Shown in pieces: positions 34,488 to 51,877 of a stretch of DNA of 64,000 nucleotides. The notes beneath the pieces are model-generated. The model did no database searches, had not been told where the DNA came from, and saw only the letters and a list, made by a program, of their open reading frames with translations. Where the stretch lies: the sequence record OP310984.1. One strand, written 5' to 3'. How positions within the stretch are numbered: position 1 is the first letter of the stretch; every line of letters starts with the position of its first letter. A program made the translations under genes and the position numbers.

Positions 34488-35259
34488 CCTCGGTTTCCTT
34501 AATTGCTAATTTTACTAATACACTTACCCATGCGCCTTCATCGAGTAGCCAACCAGCTGCACCCGTGCCATGCTCGGCAAATCCAAGACTATCTAAATAA
34601 TGTAGCATGAATGTAGTCGGACCAAATCCATATTTCTTATCACATTCATTACGTTTAGAAATATTCCACCCTTGGCGATATATATCCAATACATCATCAA
34701 TATACTGCAATTCTGCTTCTGGATGACCACAACCACACAGGTTTAATAATTTGCGTGTAATGGTATTGCATGTATCACTATATTCTTTTTCATTATAATC
34801 AATGAAAGTGCCTTCCCGTTTGAATAGTTGCTTATCGGATGTTAAATCATTAAAATGACCAGGGTAATCTTGAGATGGAAGTGCACCTAGTGCCATTAGT
34901 ATAATAACACGCGGATCTTTACGCTCAACTGATTCAACGAGTACTTTAAAGTTGAGTTCTCGTTGTACCACATTGTTATCAATGTTGATATTATTCAGAA
35001 GAATGTCCATAGCTTCTTGACCATGCCAACTACGGAGGTTAGGTTGATTATTAGTATAACCAGTGATGGTCAATTGGTTAGCTGTGTTTGATTTACCAAC
35101 AGTAACATGTAAGTAATAAGGGCATTGTTCTAATTTATCAGCAATACCAGTTGAAGATTTGTTACCCTCAAGTAGTCCAACATCGCCATGACCGATATAC
35201 AAACAGATACCTTCTGTAGAAGGTTGAGTAGTATAGTTAAAGTTCAAGGATTTAAACAT
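34468..35259 (-). CDS. hypothetical protein with C-terminal CGCG-PE...EHG...GWL phage domain
   Basis: 263-aa ORF; LCGCGHPE and GFAEHGTGAAGWLLDEG. Confidence 0.8.
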   Translation of the reverse strand: MFKSLNFNYTTQPSTEGICLYIGHGDVGLLEGNKSSTGIADKLEQCPYYLHVTVGKSNTANQLTITGYTNNQPNLRSWHGQEAMDILLNNINIDNNVVQRELNFKVLVESVERKDPRVIILMALGALPSQDYPGHFNDLTSDKQLFKREGTFIDYNEKEYSDTCNTITRKLLNLCGCGHPEAELQYIDDVLDIYRQGWNISKRNECDKKYGFGPTTFMLHYLDSLGFAEHGTGAAGWLLDEGAWVSVLVKLAIKETEGGCTDV

Positions 35260-35286
35260 ACTCTTTCCTCTATTATAAATGATTAG

Positions 35287-35727
35287 TTATTTACCGTTTA
35301 TATAAAGATTAAATGGACATTGACACATGAATTCCGCATTTAGAATACTTTCAATATTGTAACTAATTGATTTATCAGTGATGATGTTGATATCTAAATA
35401 CCACGTTTTAGTATTTTGAGTAACTAGTCTGTATTCAATGTCAATACTAAAGCCAGGTGCATCGACTGGGTCATTATCACCTTCATGCTGATAAATAAAG
35501 TGTGAACATAAAGTATACCTAGCTTTAATATATTCATCTGGTTTTATAACTTTTAAAGGGGCATTGATACGTGACATAAAACCATGATAATTAAATTCTT
35601 TATCCCTAATGTCGATAATTTTAGGAGTAACCGATACATAGGCTGGCCATTGTGGTAAATCTAGTTCACCATATTTAGATTGGTCTTTATCAACGATATG
35701 AAAAGCCCTAACAATTCTATTAAACAT
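35287..35727 (-). CDS. hypothetical protein
   Basis: 146-aa ORF. Confidence 0.8.
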   Translation of the reverse strand: MFNRIVRAFHIVDKDQSKYGELDLPQWPAYVSVTPKIIDIRDKEFNYHGFMSRINAPLKVIKPDEYIKARYTLCSHFIYQHEGDNDPVDAPGFSIDIEYRLVTQNTKTWYLDINIITDKSISYNIESILNAEFMCQCPFNLYINGK

Positions 35728-35760
35728 TTGATATACCTTTTAACAAAAAAATTATAAAGA

Positions 35761-35783
35761 AGAGTCCCCATTATGGGGACTCT
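35761..35783 (-). terminator. intrinsic terminator
   Basis: agagtcccca/tggggactct 10-bp stem. Confidence 0.75.
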
Positions 35784-35796
35784 ATTATATCGTGCT

Positions 35797-36048
35797 TTAT
35801 TTTTTATCGCGACTAGATGGAGCTAGCTTATAGAACTTCCGGAACTTATTAATAGACAATGTAAATGAATCTTCCCTACCATCTGGATAACCGAGATAAA
35901 CATCACGTCGAGATAGTTTAATTAGCTTATGTGCAGTTGATACACCATTGCGCTCAACTAGAAAAGTTCGACCAATATAAGCTTCTAGATTATCAAGCTC
36001 AGTTGCAGGAATATATTTAGATTCTTTCAGAGTCAGGGTAGTGCTCAT
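35797..36048 (-). CDS. hypothetical protein
   Basis: 83-aa ORF. Confidence 0.75.
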   Translation of the reverse strand: MSTTLTLKESKYIPATELDNLEAYIGRTFLVERNGVSTAHKLIKLSRRDVYLGYPDGREDSFTLSINKFRKFYKLAPSSRDKK

Positions 36049-36084
36049 TTAATTTCGTCACCAGTTACGAAGTAATAAATTGAT

Positions 36085-37146
36085 TTATTTCCAGAGTGTT
36101 TTACCAATTAGATCATTTTCTGTGATGAAACTATCTAATTGATGTCCATAGTAAAGTAGACTATGAATTTGTTGATTTAGACGTTCTTTATTTGACCCTA
36201 GGAACATCTTATGCTTTTCTTCATCCGGTAATTTATCATAGACAAGTTGGCAATACTTTTTAGCTACTACCTTACCTGATGCAAGAAAACGTTCATCCCC
36301 TGTAAATAGTTGAGGAACGATATTTTCATCTAGATATTTATTAATCTCAGCATCCAGATCAAAATGTAAATCGCTGTCAGATACTTCTACAGGATTTTCC
36401 TGCTGCATATCATTCCATGGAATGTCCGAACTTTCACTATTGCTATCATATTCACTATTACTTGAGGATGTGTCAGATAGCTGCTCATCAAAAGATGATT
36501 GTTTATTCTTTTGTTTTTCACGCAAGAAGATAATCGATTCAACAATTTCATTAACAATGACATCTAGACCACGATTAGCATCGACCGTAATAGAACTAGG
36601 TTGATTGATGAGTCGTTCAAAACCTTTATCAACCTTATCGAAGTAATCAGATCCTTTAGATTCATAATAATCAAGACGCCTATTACTTCTCTTAATTCGT
36701 TCTTCACGTACCTCTTTAGGTGCAGTCAGGAAGAAGGTAGCTGGCTCTGGGATAGAGTGTAAGGTTCCTTGAAGGATATCCATAAACAATTTTGATAGAT
36801 ATGGATTAGTTTCTTCGAAAGGATACACATTTAGAGCATATGTCGATGCAATGAATCGCTCGGTAATAACAATCTTATCTTCTTTAAGAGCAGGTAAGAT
36901 GATATTCTCTACATTCATCACTCTATATGCACTATGCATCAGTACATCAAATTCCGGTGGTCGAACATCATTGTGTTTAGGCCAAATCAGCATTTGTCGG
37001 ATTTCTTCTGATGTATTTGTACCGCCAGGTTCACGTAGTGTTACGACATCATATCCACGTTTAAGAAGCTCCGCAACAACCATTTTTGTAACGGTCGTTT
37101 TACCGACACCTTCATTCCCTTCAATACTTACAAATAAACCATTCAT
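36085..37146 (-). CDS. tmk: thymidylate kinase with long C-terminal extension
   Basis: P-loop FVSIEGNEGVGKTT, LREPGGT, VITERFIASTYA. Confidence 0.93.
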   Translation of the reverse strand: MNGLFVSIEGNEGVGKTTVTKMVVAELLKRGYDVVTLREPGGTNTSEEIRQMLIWPKHNDVRPPEFDVLMHSAYRVMNVENIILPALKEDKIVITERFIASTYALNVYPFEETNPYLSKLFMDILQGTLHSIPEPATFFLTAPKEVREERIKRSNRRLDYYESKGSDYFDKVDKGFERLINQPSSITVDANRGLDVIVNEIVESIIFLREKQKNKQSSFDEQLSDTSSSNSEYDSNSESSDIPWNDMQQENPVEVSDSDLHFDLDAEINKYLDENIVPQLFTGDERFLASGKVVAKKYCQLVYDKLPDEEKHKMFLGSNKERLNQQIHSLLYYGHQLDSFITENDLIGKTLWK

Positions 37147-37478
37147 TACTGATCCTTCATCTTAAATTCAATTACTGCTTCAACGTTATCTTTTAAATCT
37201 TGTTGCGATAATTTTAATGAAGCCCTATAACCTAAGCTATATAGAACGTCAACTAATGCATCAATGCTTAGAGCTGGTAAATTACACATTTTAATATTTT
37301 CACTAAGTTCATCAGAGATACCTAGTTTAGTGAAAACATCGTCAATCAATACTTTTTGAGAAATGGCTTTTTGTCGAACAGTTTGTACAATTACAATAAC
37401 TAGATTAGATTTGATATCGTTAGAATGTGATTTTTTATTATCACCATAAACTTCTTTAAATAAATTCTGATCCGCCAT
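37146..37478 (-). CDS. degenerate XRE-type HTH protein (HigA/HTH_37-like)
   Basis: ISQK...KLGISDE...LSIDALVDVLYSLGYRASL pattern. Confidence 0.55.
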   Translation of the reverse strand: MADQNLFKEVYGDNKKSHSNDIKSNLVIVIVQTVRQKAISQKVLIDDVFTKLGISDELSENIKMCNLPALSIDALVDVLYSLGYRASLKLSQQDLKDNVEAVIEFKMKDQ

Positions 37479-37544
37479 GATACCTAATTCCTTAAATTAT
37501 TAAAATGTATTATTTAACCATTAAACTTTTTAATATAAAATGAC

Positions 37545-37565
37545 CAGTGGGTACATTACCCACTG
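37545..37565 (-). terminator. intrinsic terminator
   Basis: cagtgggta/tacccactg stem. Confidence 0.65.
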
Positions 37566-37595
37566 ATCTTATTATATTGACATAGCTAGTATATA

Positions 37596-38000
37596 TTAGC
37601 TATTGACATCTTCAAAGAAGCTGGCTACACTTTCAACAACATCATTCATAGCGCTGCTCTTATATTTGGTATCTACCACCGTAACAAGCTCGCCTTTACG
37701 ATCGATAATACCAGAAACAGTTGCACCACCTGCATTATAGGAATAACCCAGTTCAGCAATGTTTTCATTTTCTTTCATGTACGGTGCAGCTTTTTCAGCA
37801 AATACATAACTTACAGCTGCTGCCAGTTGCCCTGCACCTTCATGTACCTGAGCATACTGCTCGGCGGTCACGCCTGCCGGTTGTAGAACAACTTCTTCAA
37901 ATAGGCCATCCGGGATTTCGAATACCCCGGCATCGGACATGCTTACTTTTTCATTTAGGTTGTGGGTTTCGATAAACTTCTTGGTGGTTTCGATGGACAT
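37596..38000 (-). CDS. hypothetical acidic protein
   Basis: 134-aa ORF, visibly GC-richer codons. Confidence 0.85.
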   Translation of the reverse strand: MSIETTKKFIETHNLNEKVSMSDAGVFEIPDGLFEEVVLQPAGVTAEQYAQVHEGAGQLAAAVSYVFAEKAAPYMKENENIAELGYSYNAGGATVSGIIDRKGELVTVVDTKYKSSAMNDVVESVASFFEDVNS

Positions 38001-38030
38001 TTTAGTACTCTCTCTATTTAGGGTGGTGGT

Positions 38031-38273
38031 TTAATTTACATCTTTCATTACAAAGCAACTACCATCATTAAAGACAATCTTAATTAGATTGTCAGTTAAT
38101 GGTCGTTTATATACAACACATTTTACATCGGGGAGTTTAACTACTTCTTTTAAAGCATCTGGCATACCAATTAGATTAATGGTAGCTGCTACTTTATTTA
38201 GTGTGTCAAGATGTGAAATCAGCTCATGTGCTGACTTAACCAAATCTACCATTGTTTTGTCTTTATCTACCAT
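38031..38273 (-). CDS. hypothetical protein
   Basis: ORF track 38031..38327; ATG at 38273 follows the upstream stop. Confidence 0.7.
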   Translation of the reverse strand: MVDKDKTMVDLVKSAHELISHLDTLNKVAATINLIGMPDALKEVVKLPDVKCVVYKRPLTDNLIKIVFNDGSCFVMKDVN

Positions 38274-38274
38274 G

Positions 38275-38769
38275 CTAGTTACTCGATTTGATATATGAGG
38301 TACATACATCGCCAAAGTCTTCACCACTAGTATCAGCTACAATTGCAACTGGCGACCATCGAGCGGCAACAGCCTCACATACACCGATCGAATTCACTCG
38401 ACGAATCGCATGAGCACCAGTATCAATTACACTGAAACTGAGTTCACTAATGATTTCCACTCCTTTTAGTTCAGCGCTACTATCAATAACCTGGGTACTA
38501 ATTAGATAGTTAGCTGTATCATTATTATACGCAAGTACTAGTCTAAAAACCATGAGGGAGTTATCATTATCGGTGATGCCAGCGACTAGCTCATGATTCG
38601 AAGTGAGTGTATAGATACAACTACTTTCTTGAGTGGTAATTGGTAATCCTGGTGAAGAACTATATACACTAGGTGCATTAGCTGTATGTAGTTCAAACTT
38701 ATTTACAGCGGAGTTAGGACCAGGAACTTTATAACCAATAGGTCGGGCAGTGAAGATTACAACGTTCAT
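38275..38769 (-). CDS. hypothetical early protein
   Basis: 164-aa ORF; GAGGA RBS; first gene after early promoter. Confidence 0.8.
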   Translation of the reverse strand: MNVVIFTARPIGYKVPGPNSAVNKFELHTANAPSVYSSSPGLPITTQESSCIYTLTSNHELVAGITDNDNSLMVFRLVLAYNNDTANYLISTQVIDSSAELKGVEIISELSFSVIDTGAHAIRRVNSIGVCEAVAARWSPVAIVADTSGEDFGDVCTSYIKSSN

Positions 38770-38814
38770 TATGATTCCTCTTTACTAGATAGTTATTTTC
38801 CTAATTACACATTA

Positions 38815-38845
38815 GTAATATAAATCTCAAATTTTTTTTAATACG
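38815..38845 (-). promoter_or_regulatory. early promoter
   Basis: TATATTAC on minus strand (38815-38822); context atctcaaa shared with 806/16246. Confidence 0.75.
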
Positions 38846-38852
38846 ATATAAA

Positions 38853-38870
38853 GCCTCCCCGAAGGGAGGC
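38853..38870 (-). terminator. UUCG-loop hairpin terminator
   Basis: gcctccc-TTCG-gggaggc-ttt on minus strand. Confidence 0.8.
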
Positions 38871-38876
38871 AATATG

Positions 38877-39569
38877 TTAATTACCACTATAGGTACCTTC
38901 AGTACCTTGTTCTTTACGCCGTACTAAGCGTTGATGAATTGCACTAAGAGCACGGTCCATTGAATTAATCACTACCTGATTCTCTTCACATGCAAATGGG
39001 CCTGTTTGGTAACCTTCAAATAAATCTTTAACGATTTTAATTAGACAGTCAGCAGTTAGGCCATTTACACCAACTTCTGGAACAAGTCCATTCTGCATTA
39101 GGATAACACATTCAGTCAGGTTGTCGCCAGGCATGGCAGCTGGGTTAGTTTGAGCATTATAACCAGTTACCACATAACGTTTAGTTGCACCTGATTTCTG
39201 GTCAATGCCACTTGCTTCAATATTTAGACCATTTTCATCAAAATGTTCATGGCCATAAATACCTTGCATAGTTACCCATCCACCATCTTCTTGATAAATC
39301 CAATCTACCCCATTTACATGATAAGTATCACCTGGTTCAGGGTCAGCTGGAAGATCTTTAGTAGAGGTTAATGCACGGATACGCGCATATTCTTCAATTG
39401 TAATTTGTATATCAGTTGCAGTTATATTCTTCTTAGTTTCAGTAGCTTCATCATGTTGTGATTTATCACTACCTTCCTTTTGGTCATTATCCATATCAGA
39501 AGCATCTACTGTACTTTTAGCTTCTTTACTTTCTAAGGAAGCTAACCACTCAAGATTAGGTTTAGACAT
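38877..39569 (-). CDS. tad1: Tad1-like cyclic-nucleotide sponge domain with N-terminal acidic extension (gp184 position)
   Basis: C-terminal MQNG..E.G.NG...LIKIVKD...YQTGPFACEEN...AL..I.QRLVRR....EGT aligns to recalled Tad1 (FQKG...LLEIVRD...FQAGPFSSREN...ALMWMNRRVEDR...LGT); start reassigned by GAGGT RBS. Confidence 0.75.
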   Translation of the reverse strand: MSKPNLEWLASLESKEAKSTVDASDMDNDQKEGSDKSQHDEATETKKNITATDIQITIEEYARIRALTSTKDLPADPEPGDTYHVNGVDWIYQEDGGWVTMQGIYGHEHFDENGLNIEASGIDQKSGATKRYVVTGYNAQTNPAAMPGDNLTECVILMQNGLVPEVGVNGLTADCLIKIVKDLFEGYQTGPFACEENQVVINSMDRALSAIHQRLVRRKEQGTEGTYSGN

Positions 39570-39576
39570 ACTTACC

Positions 39577-39882
39577 TCAATAAATGAAACCACCAATGTA
39601 AAGTGACACTACTACATCGGCAACCCGAGGGTCTTGTGAATATTTAGATTTGACTAGTTTAATAAGTTCGGCTCGATTTTTAATGAAGCCTAGTTTCTTA
39701 TTATCAATTTCCTCAGCTTCGATTAGGAAGTCATTTAACTTCTTCTTACTACCCAGTACATTAATCACCATCTGATCAATAACTGCATTGGTGTTTGATA
39801 GTTTAGTTAACTCTTGTTCAAAAACTTCCTTACGTCCTTCTGATCCAATTAGAGCTAGACCGATCTTTTTAAGTAGAGACAT
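39577..39882 (-). CDS. hypothetical protein (gp183 position)
   Basis: 101-aa ORF. Confidence 0.8.
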   Translation of the reverse strand: MSLLKKIGLALIGSEGRKEVFEQELTKLSNTNAVIDQMVINVLGSKKKLNDFLIEAEEIDNKKLGFIKNRAELIKLVKSKYSQDPRVADVVVSLYIGGFIY

Positions 39883-39940
39883 GTTAATTACCTATTACAT
39901 TGGTTTAAGAATGGTTACAATAAATAACTATTCCAAGTAT

Positions 39941-48704
<8,764 letters not shown>

Positions 48705-48779
48705 ATTAAACTCCATTGACGATTAGTAAAGTATCATATCGTTGTTTAACTTAGTATTACCAAAATAGGAAAATAGAAA

Positions 48780-50246
48780 ATGAAGAAGGCATTAGTTCCT
48801 TTTAATATTTCTTTACTTATTCCTACTAAAGAACAATTAAAGTTCTTAGGTCAAGTAAAGAGTCATGAGATATTTGAAGGTTTAGGTGGTAACTTTCATG
48901 AAGATGGTTTGTTCTCTGTTTCCATTTTTGGAAGGGTTGGATCAACTGATCGTGAGAGTTTATTTGGATATATCCATTTAGGTTTAGAACTTATCCATCC
49001 AGCTGTATATCGAAACTTAATTAAATTAAAAGCTTTCTATGAAGAAATTATTCTTGGTAAGGCATTTGCAGTATTTGACGAATCTATTAAAGATTTTATC
49101 CGCGCTGATGAACTAACTGGTAAAACTGGTTATACATTCTTTTTTGATAACTGGAAACGAATTGACTTTGGATCCACTAAGTCAGGGATTCGGCTATCAA
49201 GGTTACAATTAGTCGAAAAATATAAAGATAACTGTATTTTTAAAGACATGCTTGTAACACCAGCCGCTTATCGTGATGCAGAGATTGATGAGAATAATCG
49301 TGTTGAGATGGATGAGATCAATGAACACTATAGGTATCTATTAAATCAGTCGTTTGGTGTACCTGATAGCTTTGGACCAAATGATGACTTGAGTATCTAT
49401 GATCGCAAACGAGTAGCAATGCAAAACACCGTATTAGCTATTTATGAACATTATGAACGACTGCTATCCGGTAAACGTGGATACATTCAATCTAAATGGG
49501 CATCCCGTCGTATTGCCAATGGTACACGTAACGTCATTAGTTCGCTAGATACTAATGCTGCTGATCTTGATTCACCTAATCGACCAACATTCAAAGATGC
49601 CGTAGTTGGCTTATATCAAGCAGCTCGTTCAGTTGCACCGCGTACAATCTTTGCACTAAGGCAAGGTGTAGTTGGTGAAGTGTTTGATACAGTTACTAAC
49701 ACTGTACAGCTCATCAATAAGAAAACACTACGTTTAGAATGGGTCGATATCTCTAACGAAGATATGGATTTATGGGGAACTCCTGAAGGGCAAGAACAAA
49801 TCATCAATGAGTTAGATGTCATTGAAAAACGTTCACGTGCAATTGAAATTGCTGATCATTATCTAGCCCTTATTTACGTTGATGATAAACAGAATTTTAA
49901 AATATTCCGCAACATCGATGAGTTACCTACTAATCTAAATAAGAAATTTGTTAGACCTATTACTTATGCCGAATTAGTTTACCTTAGTGGATTAAGTATG
50001 TGGCGAACAAACTCAGCGTTTGTTACACGATATCCTGTAGAAAACTACAATAGCTCTATCCCCTGTAAGATGTATGTTAAAACAACCGTAGTGGGTGAAT
50101 TACGTTATCCGTTAAATGATCAATGGGAACGTGATGATACGTTGGAACCAGCCTTAGAATTCCCTGTGTTTGAATTAAATAAACCAGCCCAGTGGCATGA
50201 CTCAGTATCCATCTCTCCTTCTATTCTCGCGCCATTGGGGGCGGAT
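48780..50246 (+). CDS. virion RNA polymerase beta' subunit (gp180-like), exon 1
   Basis: GLFSVSIFG, GYIHL, KRGYIQ...GTRNVIS; ends LAPLGAD at the catalytic motif. Confidence 0.93.
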
Positions 50247-51689
50247 TAATTGTAATACTGTATATCTAGTTATCCTATAGGAAATAAATAGGATAACAAC
50301 CATGTTAAAAAAATTCATTGAAAATCCAGGATTTAAAAAGATACCACATACTGGTGGCATGTATGAAATCAGCTGTAGTGGTATCGCTAGAGAAAGTATA
50401 AGTAAACGCGTACTGACCACAATGGTTAGTGATGAAGGCGAACATCTTTTTCCTGAACATACAACAGGTGAATGGTTTGACGGTTTGTCACTATCTGTTG
50501 TATTAGGTGTTACGTATAGAAACTGCATATTACCAATGCGGTTACTACATAAACTACGCGTTATTTACAAAGACGGTAATAAAAGTAATCATCGCCTAAC
50601 CAATTTTATTTGGGCGTGTCCTGAAGGTGAACTTACTCATCCATTAATAAAAGAATACTGCTATATTCCCGGATATAGTAGATACATGATTAATCGCGCT
50701 GGACAAGTACTTAGCACTGTTAACAGTAATCATCTCTCACCATACATGAATGAAGATGGTTATCTGATGTATGGTGTTCAGCCGGATGTAGGTAAACGTA
50801 CAATTGTAGGAATGCACCGTCTTCTTAGTCTAGCTTTCTTAAAATATCCAGGTAATGTTGATTCACTTGATGTGAATCATTTAAATGCAATTAAAGATTG
50901 TAATGATTTAACAAACCTTGAATGGGCTACCCGTAAAAGAAATTGCGAGCATGCGCACATCAATGGACTTCATAATTCCAAAGCAGTTTTGGTCAGAGAC
51001 CTTATAACTACCAATATAACTCGTTATTACAGCATAGAACAATGCGCCCGAGAAATTGGTATAGATGGTGAAACTTTAAGATTACGTTTAACTAAAAATA
51101 GTAATCTTGTTTACAATCAATCATTACAGTTTAAATACGAAGATGATGATACACCATGGAATAATGATAATCTCGTGTATGTGGAAACTCATCGCAGAAT
51201 TCATATTGAATCATTAGAATCTGAAGCTGTATTAATAAAAAACTCACTGAAGGAAGCCGCCGAGTTTTTCAATGTCACACCAGGTTGCTTAGGTTATCAT
51301 CTAAGGAAATCTGAACATGGTTGTATTTTTAGAAATTATGCAGTAAAGTACATAAGTCCACATATTCCGAAATGAATATGTTTTACTCTTCTAATTGCTG
51401 GAAACTCTCGTTAGACTAATCAACTACAGCATAACTGGAAACAGTAAGTGCGAATGTTTGAAAATGATTAGGTAGAGACAATCAGCAGCGAAGCCGCTAA
51501 ATTACTTAACTGTAATATGTGGAACGTTCAACGACTAGGGGGTTGCGCCCCGTAGGATCAAGTGATCCGAAATGGAGAGCACCTAAACAGATGATGCTGT
51601 AGGTGAAGATATAGTCTGGTCTTCTAGTGAGAGCTAGAGCTGCACGTAATGGTGCGAATAGAGTTTAACGCACTCTATTGAACATAACG
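50247..51689 (+). mobile_element. group I self-splicing intron with homing endonuclease
   Basis: 5' exon ends in U, intron ends in G; P AATTGCTGGAAAC 51393, Q AATCAGCAG 51480, R GTTCAACGACTAG 51526, S AAGATATAGTCT 51606; P7 GACTA/TAGTC; splicing restores AD-FDGD. Confidence 0.95.
50302..51375 (+). CDS. intron-encoded HNH homing endonuclease (NUMOD4-like + HNH + HTH repeats), gp179-like
   Basis: IPGYSRYMINRAG, MHRLL..AF, DVNHLNAIKDCNDLTNLEW, YYSIEQCAREIG, SLKEAAEFF. Confidence 0.92.
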   Translation: MLKKFIENPGFKKIPHTGGMYEISCSGIARESISKRVLTTMVSDEGEHLFPEHTTGEWFDGLSLSVVLGVTYRNCILPMRLLHKLRVIYKDGNKSNHRLTNFIWACPEGELTHPLIKEYCYIPGYSRYMINRAGQVLSTVNSNHLSPYMNEDGYLMYGVQPDVGKRTIVGMHRLLSLAFLKYPGNVDSLDVNHLNAIKDCNDLTNLEWATRKRNCEHAHINGLHNSKAVLVRDLITTNITRYYSIEQCAREIGIDGETLRLRLTKNSNLVYNQSLQFKYEDDDTPWNNDNLVYVETHRRIHIESLESEAVLIKNSLKEAAEFFNVTPGCLGYHLRKSEHGCIFRNYAVKYISPHIPK

Positions 51690-51875
51690 TTCGACGGGGA
51701 CACTGTATCATTTAACGCAGTTTATTCAGAGGAAGCTATCGCTGAAACAGATGCTTTCTTTAAGAAACGTATTGCATATATACATGCCGATGGTCGACTG
51801 GCATTTAGTGTTGGTGTCCATACACTCAATTTAACTCTTCGGTACATGACTGGGGAACCCAAACAAAGGGATTAA
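51690..51875 (+). CDS. virion RNA polymerase beta' subunit, exon 2
   Basis: Begins TTC GAC GGG GAC (FDGD) immediately after the terminal G of the intron. Confidence 0.93.
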   Translation, partial: FDGDTVSFNAVYSEEAIAETDAFFKKRIAYIHADGRLAFSVGVHTLNLTLRYMTGEPKQRD

Positions 51876-51877
51876 TC

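Noticed and set aside
50202-50528. Minus-strand 108-aa ORF across the 5' splice site
   Set aside because: Antisense to exon 1 and the HNH gene; no RBS or motif
51678-51875. Independent 65-aa gene starting at TTG 51678
   Set aside because: The first 12 nt are the 3' end of the intron; this is exon 2 of RNAP beta'
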